Positions 1 to 12,829 of a stretch of DNA of 64,000 nt are shown in pieces. The position numbers and the translations under genes were made by a program. The DNA lies in contig DF237022.1 in assembly GCA_000708835.1 (NCBI GenBank), positions 62,001 to 126,000 of the forward strand. Direction: 5' to 3'. Below the pieces are notes generated by a model, which saw only the letters and a list, made by a program, of their open reading frames with translations, did not search any database and was not told where the DNA came from. Source of the DNA: Klebsormidium nitens (taxonomy: Eukaryota > Plantae > Klebsormidiophyceae). Position 1 is the stretch's first letter, and each line of letters opens with the position of its first letter.

Positions 1-314
1 GATATGTAACTCCTGGGGAAATTACAGACTGCACTCTGGTATGGATTCGGTCCCCGGCTCGAAACCCCGGCCCGGCCACAGCTACTACCCCTAGTCGGGT
101 TAGGTGGAAACCACTTTTAACCCGATTAGGGTTTCGCGGTGCCCAGCTCAGCTCAGGCGCCAGCCAGCACAGCAACAAATTTCCCACAGCATGGCGGTCC
201 ATCTTTCCAAATTGAAATTCTTTTCATTTCATTTCTACTTGTTTATTTATTGATTGGGTGCTGCCGCACTTTCCAAAGAGCGCTGAAGCTCTGCTGCTGT
301 TGCTTCCATCCAAC

Positions 315-3300
315 ATGGCTGCCGCATCTGCACAGCTCGTCGGGCATGGCGCCTCCGCTACTTTTCCAACAACGTTGTTTGGCCAGAGGAGCTCTGTCCT
401 GTCGGCCCATGTGATGGTTGTGAAGAATGTTGCTGGATTTGGACGCAGCTCACGACGTGTCAAGCGGGGCTCCATCCTTTGTGAAGCTCAGGTGAAGGCG
501 AAAATAGAAAGTATACAGTTGCTTAGAGCACTTGTGCATGCAAAAGAGTGGATATCATCATTGAAGCGAGCAGCTCTGCCTATTGATTCTTAAGTAATAC
601 ATGATGATTTTTGACCGCAAAATGTCAACCTCAAGCTGCAGACTTGAGGTCTACTTCAGTGCAGCGACAGTCTTCTTGGTCCCTGATGACGGTGGCGAGA
701 AGTCACTTCAAAGATTTTCAATTGAAAATGCTTTCTTGTTGCATGCTTGTCTCAGGTAAGGTCTGGGCACTAAAACACTTCCTGCATTCTGCATTTCTGG
801 ATTACAACCTGTGGGTGGTGCTGCTTCATCAAATGTGACAAGCTATCCAAGATAACTTTTGTGTACTAGAGCAGAAGCTTTATTGTGAACATTCTCATGA
901 ATCGAAGCGCTTCCCTTAAGGCATTACATTCTTGACATCTTGAAGCTTTTTTGGTTTCCAGGATTACGATTGTCAGTTGCTGCTTTGACCTCCATGATGT
1001 ACGCAATTGGCACCACCTGGGGGTGGAGTGCTGTCATCCTGACCTTTGAAGGTGTTCATGAGTTGCCTAGGTAAATTTGGCTAACAGATAGGCTAATACA
1101 TCATCTTACAAACTATACTACTAGTTCCAGTATTTCTCAAAAAAGTAAGATCAGTGCAGGTCACTCTGGACTAAGAGCACAAGGCTCAAATGATGAGTTG
1201 TGTTCTAAAGGTGCTCAACCAGCCACTTCGTTCAAAGGCTGGAGCTTTGAAACTTCCGTGCACCCGAGACACAGGAGTCCCCTCCAGAAGCGCTTCGACA
1301 GGACCTGCCAGAACGCAGACTTGACCCAAGGAGCAAAATGTCAAGCAGTTCCTCTGTAGTGACCAGATGCTTCTTCCACTTTGACAGGGGGCTGACAAGG
1401 CCAAGAAAGAGCTCCAGGACATGGCCGACAAGGTGACTGAGAAAGCAGACGAGATCTCGAAGGGCGTTTCAAAGAGCACTGAAGACCTCAAGCAAGCCTC
1501 GCTATCCACTCCAGAGGTTCCACCTGAGCTCGAGTCAGTGGGTTTGGGACCAGATAAGGTGCCCTCAGGACCATACAGCTTCCGGGAAGTGTTCAGCTTC
1601 AACGGATTGGCGCCAGAGGTAGGTTCTTCTGATTTGATTCTTCGATAAGAAGCTTGTCACACTCGTAATGGAAGTCTTGTCGGTCAGGCGTCGGCCGAGA
1701 GTCTTACTAAACTCAATGCTGTTGGGAGAGAAGGCTGCCTCAGTCTGACCAACTAAAGTCTCACAGCCTTGGAGCTAGTGACAGTCCTCAGAAGTTGAAA
1801 AGTACAGAGAAAAAGCGTGCTATTTGAAGGATTGGGTGAGACTTGCTAAGACCACGTTGTGTCTTCACAAGTTTGGGTGGTTGATACCTAATCATTTCAG
1901 TGCAGATGCTATGTGTGTTGAAGAGGCTGGTGCTTAATGAACTGTCTTTCCTGCCAAAACCTACGCGAGACTCTTATCTCTTGCGGTTTAAAGCTGGCAT
2001 GAAGCATGACTTCAGGAAGCAAACTCTTGCACGGTTTCCTGTCTAAGGAGCTTCTTTGTTCTTGTGCAGATCACAAATGGACGTATTGCCATGCTGGTAA
2101 GTCTTCTCTTTCGGTATTTGCTTTCCAGTGCCTAGTTCTGGCTGTCCTAACAATGTCGCACTTTCAAATGGGAAGAGCTTAAAGATCATTGTGCGAAGTT
2201 GTCTTCTTCGAGCTCACCAAGGAAACAAAAGTGGCTGCTAAACATACGCTGCTCGAATCGTAATCTGGTGCCCAAGGTGATCAACGGAAAGTGTAGGAAA
2301 GGTCTGCGTTCATTCTCTCTTTTCCAATTGGCTCCTCCACTTTCCGAGGGAGAAAGGGCACGCTTAGAAGAAAGATGAATTGCAACGGCTTCTGATGCAA
2401 CAGCAAGCGACATCGGATTTGCCGTCCATCTATTGTCAACCCGAAAGTCATCTGAACGGTTAGGTTGATTCTGGAAAACAGTTCGACTCTGAAAGCTAGC
2501 AATACAAGCAAGTATATGTCCAGCGAAGATGGACGGAAAGGAGTAGACCGAAAATATGTCATTCGGGGCGCATCGACCGAAAAGCTGCAAAAAGCTTTCC
2601 AGATATTTTAACCAATCGGATGGCGGGTCAAAACCACGTGGTAAACCAAGGTACATGCCGAAGAAGCATTATAGCTTGAAAAGTACCGTACCTCTTTCCT
2701 GTCGGTACTGCAAAGGCAACAGTGGAGACCGAGTAGGTTTTCGGTCGACGCGCAACCTTCCTCCCGAATAAATAATCAGTCAGTAGCTACGAGGTAGCTA
2801 CCTGAAAGACATTTCCAGTGCCGTCATCAGACTACGAACGGAGAGGTGAAACGAAGAACTTTCGTCCGTGTTCGGCCAAACAAAAGAGACAGATGGTTTT
2901 ATGGTCTTTCCCGCATCGTTCTTATCAAGAATCACCTCGAAGGCGTCACCCATATCAACTTAGGGACACTTCTTCTGCAAAAGGTTGAACAAACCAAGAC
3001 GATTGTCGTTGCGCCTTCTCCTTCCCAGTCGTATTTGTCTGTAATTACCCTCGAATACATTACCGGCAAGGGCATCGTCGAACAGCTTAGCACCGGAGGC
3101 TGGGTGCCAGCTGTCGCCCTTTCAACGCTCATTGGCATCGGCTCAGTGGTTCCGCTCTTCAGAGGATACACCAACGACGACTGGCCAGGCGAGTCGCGTA
3201 CTTCTTTCCCGTTTTCATTTTTGGCCTCCAAAACCGCTCAAAATCTGAATCTTAGTATATACGCTACAAGGTATGTAGCCCATAAGATCACGGGGATCAG

Positions 3301-4720
3301 GTCACTTCGCACGACGGTTTTGCAGCCTGCTGTCAGCAAAACATGGAAGACAAATCCATTGGCACCTCGCACTGTTTTCCGTCTTCTTCTACCGTTCGGC
3401 ACCGTCTAGCCTGTTTGGAATCGTGAGGTTCTTGATGCACTTCCCGAAGTCCCATAGGCTCCAGTTCATTTCTGTTGGAATCCAGGCTTTTCTCAGCTAG
3501 CAAGGCTGCAGATGCCTTACTGCAGGTCCGTGTACTCTAGAATGCGCTAATCAATTCGTTCTGCGCACTTTTCCCGTGGAGAGGTCCTTTTGAAACATCG
3601 AACTCACGTTTTAGCCTTTGAAACGGCTCTATTCTGCCTGACAAGAGTGTCTGTTTTTGAAAAGGCGTTTCCTTAATAAGATTCTTTGAACCCGAGGAGG
3701 TACTACTGTGGTTACACTATAGGCTTCGTTCATAACTCATTTATTTCTCCTTTTCTCGGCTCCTCACCTTAAAAGCACGGGCCATGCCTACATATTTTGC
3801 ACACAACGAGAAAGTTTTCCAAGCCCTGACGTCATTGCAAGTCATACCTGAGCTCCAATCGCTCTTGTGTCTGACTGTCACGCCTGGCCAATCGCAGGAA
3901 TCGGACCGTTCACAGCTAAGGCAGAGCGGTGGAACTCGCGTGCGGGTGAGAACGCCACGTGCCTTCTCGGCGTCTTTTGATTCTCGTTCCTGTTAACTAT
4001 TCGTTGTGAATCGCGACTTGCTTGTGTATGAGCGTGTTTACAAGCAGCTGTGGCCTGACGTTCTGTCCTCTGCCCTATGTATCTCGTACACCAACTGTTT
4101 GTAGGTGCTAGGGAACTAGATGTATCTTACAGCATCGCAAACTCTTCTCTCGTTAACTTTTGACGTCTCTGGCCGAAATTTGATGGCCAAGCAGACACGG
4201 CTACTTGTAAGACCGGCAGCGACGACTGTGTTTACTCATGTTCTATTCATAGTTAACTGTACGGATCACGTTTCCCGGTCCTCTCGTCCTCGCATCTAGA
4301 GCTGTTTGCGTCAGAATATGCCACCGGGTTCCAACTCCTCCGAGCATGGTTCCTCGAATCAAGTCTTCTGATGCCTTCCTCAGTGCCGATCGACGGGTGA
4401 ATATCAAAAATCATGCTCGGAACATTCGGAAACCGATGGCAGCTTCGACGCGGAAAGCTGTTTCTGCCGTTGCTGTCAACAACATCCTCTTCTTGTCTTT
4501 TCCTATTGTGGAAATGCTCGACGGGTTGATGGACAGTGCACTTCGATAGGATAAGGATTTCTGATGTACAGCTAAACCACCGGTTCATCAACCATTACGC
4601 CGGCCTTAAAAACGGTATTTGTTTCTTTCTGCAGCGATGGTGGCCTTCGCTTTGCTCGTGACCGTCGAGCTCGTGAAAGGTGGACCCGAAATTGTACAGG
4701 GAGGTCCGATAGGCTTTTAG
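315..4720 (+). CDS. ELIP: Early light-induced protein (three-helix LHC-like), about 242 aa, 6 exons
   Basis: Exons 315-491, 1388-1618, 2070-2096, 3029-3188, 3898-3945, 4635-4720 join in frame (729 nt). The protein has an Ala/Ser/Arg-rich transit-peptide-like N-terminus, helix 1 FNGLAPE-ITNGRIAML..LEYITGKG, helix 2 ending GSVVPLFRG, and helix 3 FTAKAERWNSRAAMVAF..VELVKGG. The intron at 3189 needs a GC donor. Confidence 0.92.
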
Positions 4721-5189
4721 GGACGAGCCGAAAGTGAGCCACATGCAGCGTACGCGACTGCACGGTTCATCTCGCTGGGCTTGATTGCAGGTGCAACATA
4801 CAGGCAAGCGCACTGTGTAGATTGTAAGTATCTCTAGGAAGGGCTGGACGTTGCTTTGTACAAACAAGACAGTCTGATCGAGACAGTGTACAAAGAACTT
4901 GAGTTTTGTTTGTGTGTGATTGTTTTGTTTCATAGGTAATGCTAGCAAGCAGCATATCAGCGAAGACTAGCCTAGTAGCGACTAGCAGAGTGAGCCTGAA
5001 AGTTTCAGACTTGTCAAAAGCTTGTCACGTACGATAGAGTTGATTTTGGTTTTCGTCAGGGACAAATCAGCGTTCCAGACTCATAGTTATCAGCAGGCTC
5101 GAAGTAAAGCGCAATTGAGGCGCGGTTCAAGTTGCACTAGATTCTGATCAGGCTTAGTCAAAGTCGAATTTGTCCGTGCACGCTTGAAT

Positions 5190-5950
5190 GATGGGCCTGG
5201 CATGCAGCTCCGCAGGCTGAGCCTGTTGGGGAGCAGCTGATATGCGGTACATCTTCATTTCGTGTATGTGGCTCATACTACGTATTATCCCACGTGGAGG
5301 TATCTTCTCCATCATGGTAATATAATGTATCAGCGCTGTACGTGCGCACACTTTCAATCTATGAGCCGGGACCCACCGTGGCACGCGGCTGATCGGCAAT
5401 TCAGCCCAGATCAGCTAGCGCCGGAACTGCATGCGGCATGTTAGTACGTGGTATAATTGGCACAATTGTACATGCATGTGCAGGCTGTACGATCATTCGG
5501 GCGCGCCGCGGAGCAATCCAAGTTATTTAGCGCCCTGTCGGATCGAATTGATTCAATCTAGCATGATCATTGGGATAGTACGCGTATCATTATAAGGCCA
5601 GTGCAAAATCATGCGCGGGCGCGGCCAGTCGGAAAACAGCATGTGGACGCGCAAACTTATAATTGTATATAGGCATTGTGCCAGCTGATGATGGATCGTA
5701 ATCTGAAAAACTTGATCGACGAGATGATCATGGATCCAACAATTGTGGAGCGCCGCGGGACTCACTGAGCCTAGCAGGCTTGATGGTGACCCTTCAAGTA
5801 CTGCGCCTCATAACGGTCACAAGCTGCCCGGCCATTGACGAGTCATGCTGACAGCGTACCCATGTGCGTATACATCTTGGCATCATGGCATATCTGCACT
5901 AAAGCTTATGCAACAACCTAGATACTATATAGTAGGTCCGGAATGCGGCT
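5190..5950. other. Palindrome/alternating purine-pyrimidine-dense intergenic patch at the convergent ELIP/Sec14 junction
   Basis: Dense CATG/GTAC/TGCA/GATC/GCGC words, e.g. ACATGCATGT (about 5469) and TACTATATAGTA (5923-5934). Density judged by eye; boundaries approximate. Confidence 0.55.
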
Positions 5951-6590
5951 GGCTTAGCGAACTTCAAGTCACTTCGACTCTCGACTGTGTCCCACGAATT
6001 AAGGCAACCCGCTGTCAAAGCTGAGATATAGATACGAAACTAGAGTCGGATCATTGAGGGTCGTTGCATGAAAAGGAAACATACGATACTGTCATTTCAT
6101 AGTTGCGGCGTCCAGGCAAGCTCGACCCGGTTAGTGACACGCTGGTATTCAAAGAGCATTTGCAGCTCAAAACGTAGCCGATCACCTACAAAGATAGTTC
6201 AATGATACTAGCTAACGCCGACTGAGCGCCATCAGAACAGCATCCTACACCCATCCCACCAATGCGGTGTCAGTCACCTTTGTGCTTCCGGTCTGCGCGC
6301 CAAAACCAACTCGTCAAAAACCTTCAATAGGCTATGCACAACGGACTGGCAAAGACCTGGCTACGACCTAAACTGAACCCACTTATGCGGATTGGACGCT
6401 CGCCTACGGGACTAACACGACAGAGTCTCGTAATCACGACGACCTCCTTCCGAGCCCTCGTAAAAACCTTCCTCTTAACCCCCTTTCTTTGGGAGAAATC
6501 ATCGCCCAAAAACAATTTCATCCTGCCAGGTTACCCAGACGCTAACCCAGCCAGCTTACACCAATCCCTGAGCCCCAAACCCACCGTTTG

Positions 6591-9500
6591 CTATTCCACG
6601 ACCTTCATCGCGGCAACGCCGTTCACCAACACGTCCTCGGGCCGTTTCGACTCCACCGCGATTGCGCGACTCGACGACGAGACCGGCTGGTCCCAGTACT
6701 GCGCTATCCGCCGCTCGTCCTCCTCCATCATTTGCGTATACGCGGCGAAATCGAAGGTCGCCTTGCTCTGCCCACCGAACGCCTCCTCTAGGTGCTCCAG
6801 CTCAAACGTTTCTTCCATGAGCGCCTTGCAATCCTTCGACTTGCCTTGCACGAAGCGCACCTTCTTGTGGGTCACGGGGTCAACGAACGGCTGGATCAAC
6901 TGCAGACGCACCGGAGCTGCGGTTAGCGCCCGATCGATTGCTATTAGCCCCAATTCAATGTGGTTAGCGCCCAATTCGCCGCGGTTAGCGCCCGATTCAC
7001 TGCGGTTAGCGCGCAATTACCTGCGGTAAGCGCCAAGAAAAGTGGCGTCTTGGAACTTTTCATGGAGGCATTGTTGCCGGGGGTCTCACGACTGGCTTCG
7101 CCCAGACTAACTTGGATGTTTCCTGTCAAAGCTTGGTTTTTGAAAATCCGCAGCACGCAGCTGGGGCTCTTATATTGGCTTCTTGGCCCCACTCGTTGGA
7201 GATGAACCCGTCTCAAACCCCTTTTAGTTATCACCGCTGCTCGATCCCAGTGACTATTTCAACACTAACTCCGATGTCCTACCACTAGTAAAGGCCAAAT
7301 CAGCACGCCACAGACCGACTTGAAGACCTCATTCGTTCCGCGCTGTAAGCCAGACGGCCTGCACCAAGCTTTTTAGGGATTGCTTGTGCAGGACGTCCAT
7401 TTCTGGGCGACTCATGCGGGAAAGCAACGGCGTAAGGCAGAAAAGGAAAGGGATGAAGCAACACCCGTGCCGCCTTCCCCTGCGTTCCGTCAAAAAATTG
7501 AGAAATTGCAAACGCGGGCCAGCGTGGATCACTTGGTAAATCGTGGTTCTGCAAGACGTCGAGCGTTAAGCGTAACAAAAAGGAACCGTGAAAACAGGAG
7601 AGAGAAAGTAAGAAAGATAAAGAAATGATGAAACAACGAAGAAGCCGCCTGCCACATTCCAAATGCTGCTGACGACTTTGCCGGCTTTACTTTGCGCCGA
7701 ACGCGGTACTGCACAACGCTGACCTTGAGAAGAAAGGAGAAAGCCAGCGGGGATTTGACGAGCGACGACAACAGAAGAAGGCCGACTTACGTTCCAGAAT
7801 GTTCCAAACATCTTGGGCGGGCTGTAGCAGATGATAAGTGCAAGCCAGTCCGGAAAAGTTTGCACGGACGTCGCAAATACGATGAAATAACGAGAGGACC
7901 GGGAGAACTCAATCGGCAGGAGAGAAGAACGCCACACTTCCGTTCACAACGTCCCGAACATCTAGGGCGGACTGTAGCAGACAGCGAGCACGAGGCGCTC
8001 CAATAGTGGTTTTGAAGGATGTCTATCTATGTCTCGAATGCATCCCGAAACAAGGATAAAACCAGGCATTCTTAAGGGAAGTCAAGAAAGAAGGAAACCC
8101 CACGCACGTTCCAGAACATCTCAAAATTGGTGGATTGTAGCAGATCGCGAGCGCGAGGCGTTCGGGGAAGGGATTCTGTGAAATGTCAAACGTCTGAATA
8201 CAGAAAATTGGATCGGGGAAGTAAAGAGAAAAGAAAGAACATTTCAGAAATGGTATTACTTACGTTTCTGTGGCAGATCGCGAGCCCGAGGCGCTCTGGG
8301 AAGTGGTTCTGCAGAATGTCGAGCATCTGTATAAAAACTAGGACCCCGATCCAGTAACGAAGAAAGAAAAGGAAATCAAAAAGGTCCCAACTTACGTTCC
8401 AGAACATCCCAAACATATTGGGCGGGTTGTAGCAAATGGCAAGCGCAAGGCGCTCCGGAAAGTGGTTCAGCAAAAAGTGAATCTGTTGAAACAAAAGGAA
8501 GTGGTGGGGAAAGTAATGAAGAAAGAAGGGGAGATCAGGAAAGTTGCCAACTTACGTTCCAGAACATCCCAAACATCTTGGGCGGGTTGTAGCAGACCGC
8601 GAGCCCGAGGCGCTCCGGAAACTGGTTTTGCAGGATGTCGAGCGTCTGTACAGAAACGAATCTAGTAACGAAGAAAGAAAAGGAGATCAAAAAGGTCCCA
8701 ACTCACGTTCCAGAACATCCCAAACATCTTGGGCGGGTTGTAGCAGACCGCGAGCCCGAGGCGCTCCGGAAAGTGGTTCTGCAGAATGTCCAGCGTCTGG
8801 CGCGACGTCTTCATGGGCGGACTGCTGCGGAGGCTCCACTTGTGGAAGTCGATGAGCCACACGATCTTCTCGCTGCCGGCCATCGTCGCGGCGTCGACCG
8901 CGTTCTCGAGGACGTACACGAGGTGCCGGATCTGCTGGTCGTGGTCCTTCGTGTTCTGCAAGGAGGAGGAACGAGCATAAAAGGAGGCTTTAAGGGTTCC
9001 CGAGTCTAGGCGCTGGGGTGCTGACACCTCTAAAAGTACTGGGCGACAGGACTGGGCAGGGGACAGAAAGGATGGACATAGAGAAGGACGGGTGAGTTGA
9101 CGGATCTGCTGGTCGTGGTCCTTCGTGTTCTGCAAGGAGGAAGAACGGGCGAGAGGAGGAGCTTTAAGGGTTCCCGAATCCGGGTGCTGGGGTGCTAAAA
9201 TCTCTAGAAGTACTGTGCCCCTAGAAATGTGGAATTTGCGCAGCAGTTGCGGCAGGGGGAAGAGCGATAGACATAGAAAGAGCGGGTATGAAGATCACAT
9301 GGATTCAGACCGATGAGTAAGTGTGAGAGCTCAGAGGCGGTCCTCTCGCAACTGAGGAACGCTAAGAACTTGTTTTGTAGGCAGAGCAAAACTGTTTTTG
9401 CACATGCACGACCGGAGATGAAGGCTGGAAAAGGAACCAGGTTCCCGTATTTTTTGCAGACGAGCTTGCTCGTTTCCTACTTTAACGAAAACGTCATGCC

Positions 9501-11212
9501 ACTGTTTCATGGTAGTGCCTTTTGTTCTTAGATACTGGTGGGCTGTTTTCGTTGTTCTGTCTGCTGGCATCCGTGAAACCCCTTTCCTAAGTAATAACAA
9601 GACTTAGAAATTGCCAGGGTTGTAGAGATTGAAAATCTCCAGATGTGTAGAGAGCCGCTTACCTGGGCCGAAGGTCGCATGATCACAACGGGCCGCCCCT
9701 TCTTGTCCAGCCGCGCCAAACGGTACACCTTTCCCGTCTCACCTTCGTGGGCCACTTCAGCCTGCAGAAAGGTTCACGCACAGATGCTTTAATAATCATG
9801 ATCTAGTTTATTTTGTCTGTTTACTTTAATGTTTTTACCAGATAATAATTATGTCTTTACTTGTTTACATCCTTTCCTTCTCCTGCTCCTTTCCGGCTCT
9901 CTTCCGACATAAAGGTCCTGGCTCTAGTGGTTGATGCCTTTCGACTTTCTACATCTACCAAGTCAACCCTTGGAACCCAAACCGGATTCTCCAAGACTTC
10001 TGAGCGGGTGAACAATTGTTCCCCGTCCTTCTCCGGAAACACTCCAAAGCAATATCAAGTCAGGAACAGAAACTGATGCTTTGTGAATAACGCCAAAGAC
10101 GAACTGAACCCCAGACCTCATACTCTATGCCCTCTGCATTCAGAACATATATTTTCAAAATTGCCTCGATACCACCCTGGCCAGCCAATTGCACCAGAGT
10201 AGTTGATTTGCTCGGGCAATTGAGCAAGAACACTTGAACGTCTGGCAATCAGACAAACCCCGCTACAACGGTAACCAAATCGTGCGGCTGGATTGATACA
10301 CAGCTTCATAATCATTGGTAATGCATTGAATTCTACATGACTTGTAGAGTAGCGTAAGCTGAGCTGCCGCCACCACTCGTTACACTCAAGACGCTTGATC
10401 GGGCCTGATTGTTTTCCTAGACCAGTTGTAATAAGCTCAGATTAAGATACTGGGAGGGGACATTGGGCACGGGTGCGGAGAAGGGAATCAGCAGATTCGG
10501 GTTCTAAGTGTTAGCTTCATTCTTACGTCAACTCGAGCATTCTACAGCCTCGAGGCCGCCTGCTCTTCAAACAATCAATGCATGAAGACTGCGGGTATGT
10601 TCAGGGACAGCAAACATCATCTTATCTCTTTGCGATCTTGGACCAAATGCCAGTAGATTCTAAAAAGAGGCAAAGTTGTGCCATTGAAATTCAGCAAAGA
10701 GAGCCGTGCGCCAGGGAGTCGGGTCCCCCTCAAGCGACCAGACTGCCCCACGGTGCTAGCTTGATTGCCACAAGGGAGTCTTAAGATGGGATACGGGGCG
10801 TCGGGTGACTCTTTACCTCAGGAGTCAGGTGCACAAGTGTACCTTGGAATCTGACGGCCTCTTCAAGCGTGCACCTATTGAGCTCTTCATGCGACACTTT
10901 AAATCGATGAACCAGTCTACAACCGGGACTCACCCAACGAATCTCCTCCGGCTTGTACGCCTCCCGCCACTTGATTGTGTTCTTGAGCATCTTCTCCGCA
11001 TTCTTCACATTCCAGTTCCTCGCCTTCAGATAGCGCACCAGGCAGTCATCGGAGCAGAAGATCGCCGTATGCCCCTCCAGAGGTCCGAGTAGCTTTCGGA
11101 GCTCGAGCACTTTTGTGGTGTGTTCATCCTCTAGCTGTTCCCTGGTAGTGACCGGCGCCGGAGTCCCTCTAAAACTATTGCTCAAACTCAGCATCGCTTT
11201 CTTCATCGCCAT
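6591..11212 (-). CDS. Sec14/CRAL-TRIO lipid-transfer protein, about 311 aa, 4 exons
   Basis: Exons 11212-10934, 9761-9663, 8955-8707, 6899-6591, all phase 0 and GT-AG (936 nt). Motifs: FCSDDCLVRYLKARNWNVKNAEKMLKNTIKWR, GETGKVYR..DKKGRPVVIMRP, LDILQNHFPERLG..NPPKMFGMFW, IQPFVDPVTHKKVRFV. Confidence 0.93.
6918..7034 (-). repeat. 21-bp minisatellite (6 units) carrying the branch-point motif CTAAC, directly upstream of the Sec14 exon 4 acceptor
   Basis: Plus-strand GTTAG-type cores at 6922, 6943, 6963, 6984, 7005, 7026 (spacing 20-21). The minus-strand unit is roughly GGCGCTAACCGC plus 9 nt. Confidence 0.85.
7330..8706 (-). repeat. Array of at least 6 decaying copies of the Sec14 exon 3 3' end plus donor (period about 150 bp)
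   Basis: Plus-strand motif ac(t)tac-gttccagaacatccc recurs at about 8551, 8391, 8259, 8101, 7935 and 7786. More decayed pieces extend to about 7330. Confidence 0.92.
9100..9200 (-). repeat. Copy of the Sec14 exon 3 acceptor plus exon start
   Basis: ggatctgctggtcgtggtccttcgtgttctgcaaggagga at about 9102-9141 is identical to 8927-8966; the downstream intron sequence is also similar. Confidence 0.9.
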
Positions 11213-12829
11213 GGCCTATGCCCTTGTTTACTTCTAGTGACACCTTGTGCCCAAGGCTGTGCAACGCCTATGGCCGTATGGTCTCCGCAAGTTGCCTTTT
11301 CCTTGTCAATGTGTGTCAGAGAACGTCTTTGCGGCCTGATATTCTTGGAGCTAGAACGGCCTTTCGCCCTGGTGTTCGACACTTGCATGTGCCTGTTCTT
11401 CTAAGTTACAGGCCACTGCTCTTATGAGCCTGGCATGCATTAACAGAACTGTGTAGAGTAAGTTAAGGTGACCCACTGGAAGCTTTCTAAACGGACCTTT
11501 TTGCAAGCCACCTAAACTCTTGAGCTGTAAGTGTACTTCTCCTGCGATCTGGCGTCTAATTTAACAATCTGCTTCCCTCAAAATGTTGCTGAATCTAGGC
11601 AACTGGGATCCGAAATGGGGCTAGCGGAATTGTCAATCTGCAATAGTAGAGAGAATTGAAATCAAGGTGACACCAAGGCAAGAAGTGCCACACGATCAAA
11701 CCCATGCTTGAATCCACAACGGTAAAATATGCACCAGGGGCTCAAATACTGTTTCAAACCACATATCTGAGCAACAGTACCGCGGAGGCTCACAGGGTGG
11801 CCCTAGCTCCTAAACAAAACCTGCCAGCTTGATTCAACCAAAACAGCAGCCAATAGATTTACAAACACATTGCAGTATCTCAATGGCGCAGGCTTGCGGC
11901 TCAAATCTGCGGATTTCGAACCCTTTCGCTGATGAAGCAAAAGCGATTGCTTACTGCTCAAAGACAACTTTGATTCTTTTGCAAAAGACATATCAGCGGA
12001 GTGTATGCTGGGCGCTGAGCACCACGCATCTCTTCAGACAGACCAAGCTTCTGCAAATTCTGAAACTTCTGATAGAATGTAGACGTTATGATGAGCAGTG
12101 TCAGCAGATATCCAAAGGCAGGATCTACACGCTGATGGATAGCTCACATGCAGATTTACAGCGACCCACGTGTGCACGTGTCGCCCCATCCCAGAGCAAT
12201 TTCTACCAGACTGCTTCTGATGCCCAGCAAATTCTAACTTTCAGACAGCGAGACACGTCCAGGTTGCCTGTCTGATCAGAGATTGCGTGCTCAGAATCTC
12301 CAAAAGCGCCTGACCTAGGCCAATCTCTGATCAATCCACCATTTGAAGAAGCTTCTTCTCTCCTTTTCTCTCTGCCCAAACCACTTTGGAAAGAGCAAGA
12401 GCCTACCGTACTTGCAAGCTCTTCCAAGTTCCCGCTTTCACTTTTCCTCCACTTTTCACGAACTTTGATGTCAACAAAAAGTGACAAAAATTAGCTCGTG
12501 TCGTCCCCCAGGTGGCAAATGCCAGCAAGTCGCCTAATGCTTCGATTCTACAACACTTTTAGCTTTGCTTTCAAGTCACCAGCGCTTTCGAATCGAAGTA
12601 CTGTTTTCCTGGTTTTGGCGCGCAACCCTGGGGGAGCTTCAAGAAGGAAGCTTCTCTCAGAGTCGGGTTTGAGGCCAACCCAACGGATGGTTTGTGGAGA
12701 GCTGTGGGAAAGTTTCAGGGCAAGAAGGACTGGGTTACTGAAAGCACAATTCTAAACTCGATTCAGGAGCTGGTCAGCATCTGCGTCACTGTCTCAGAAA
12801 CTAGGACTGGCGGCAACTACAGAATCTGG

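Noticed and set aside
1-80. tRNA-like (ggtccccggctcgaaacc) or U1/5S-like fragment at the window start
   Set aside because: The T-stem does not pair, there is no valid anticodon arm or Sm site, and the resemblance is only a few short words.
7330-8706. CRISPR-like repeat array
   Set aside because: The context is eukaryotic, the repeats are exon-derived and degenerate, the spacers are homologous to each other, and no cas genes are present.
8263-8955. Dscam-like mutually exclusive exon cluster in Sec14
   Set aside because: Exon 3 has no in-phase GT before the duplicated segment, so the copies could only be added, not swapped.
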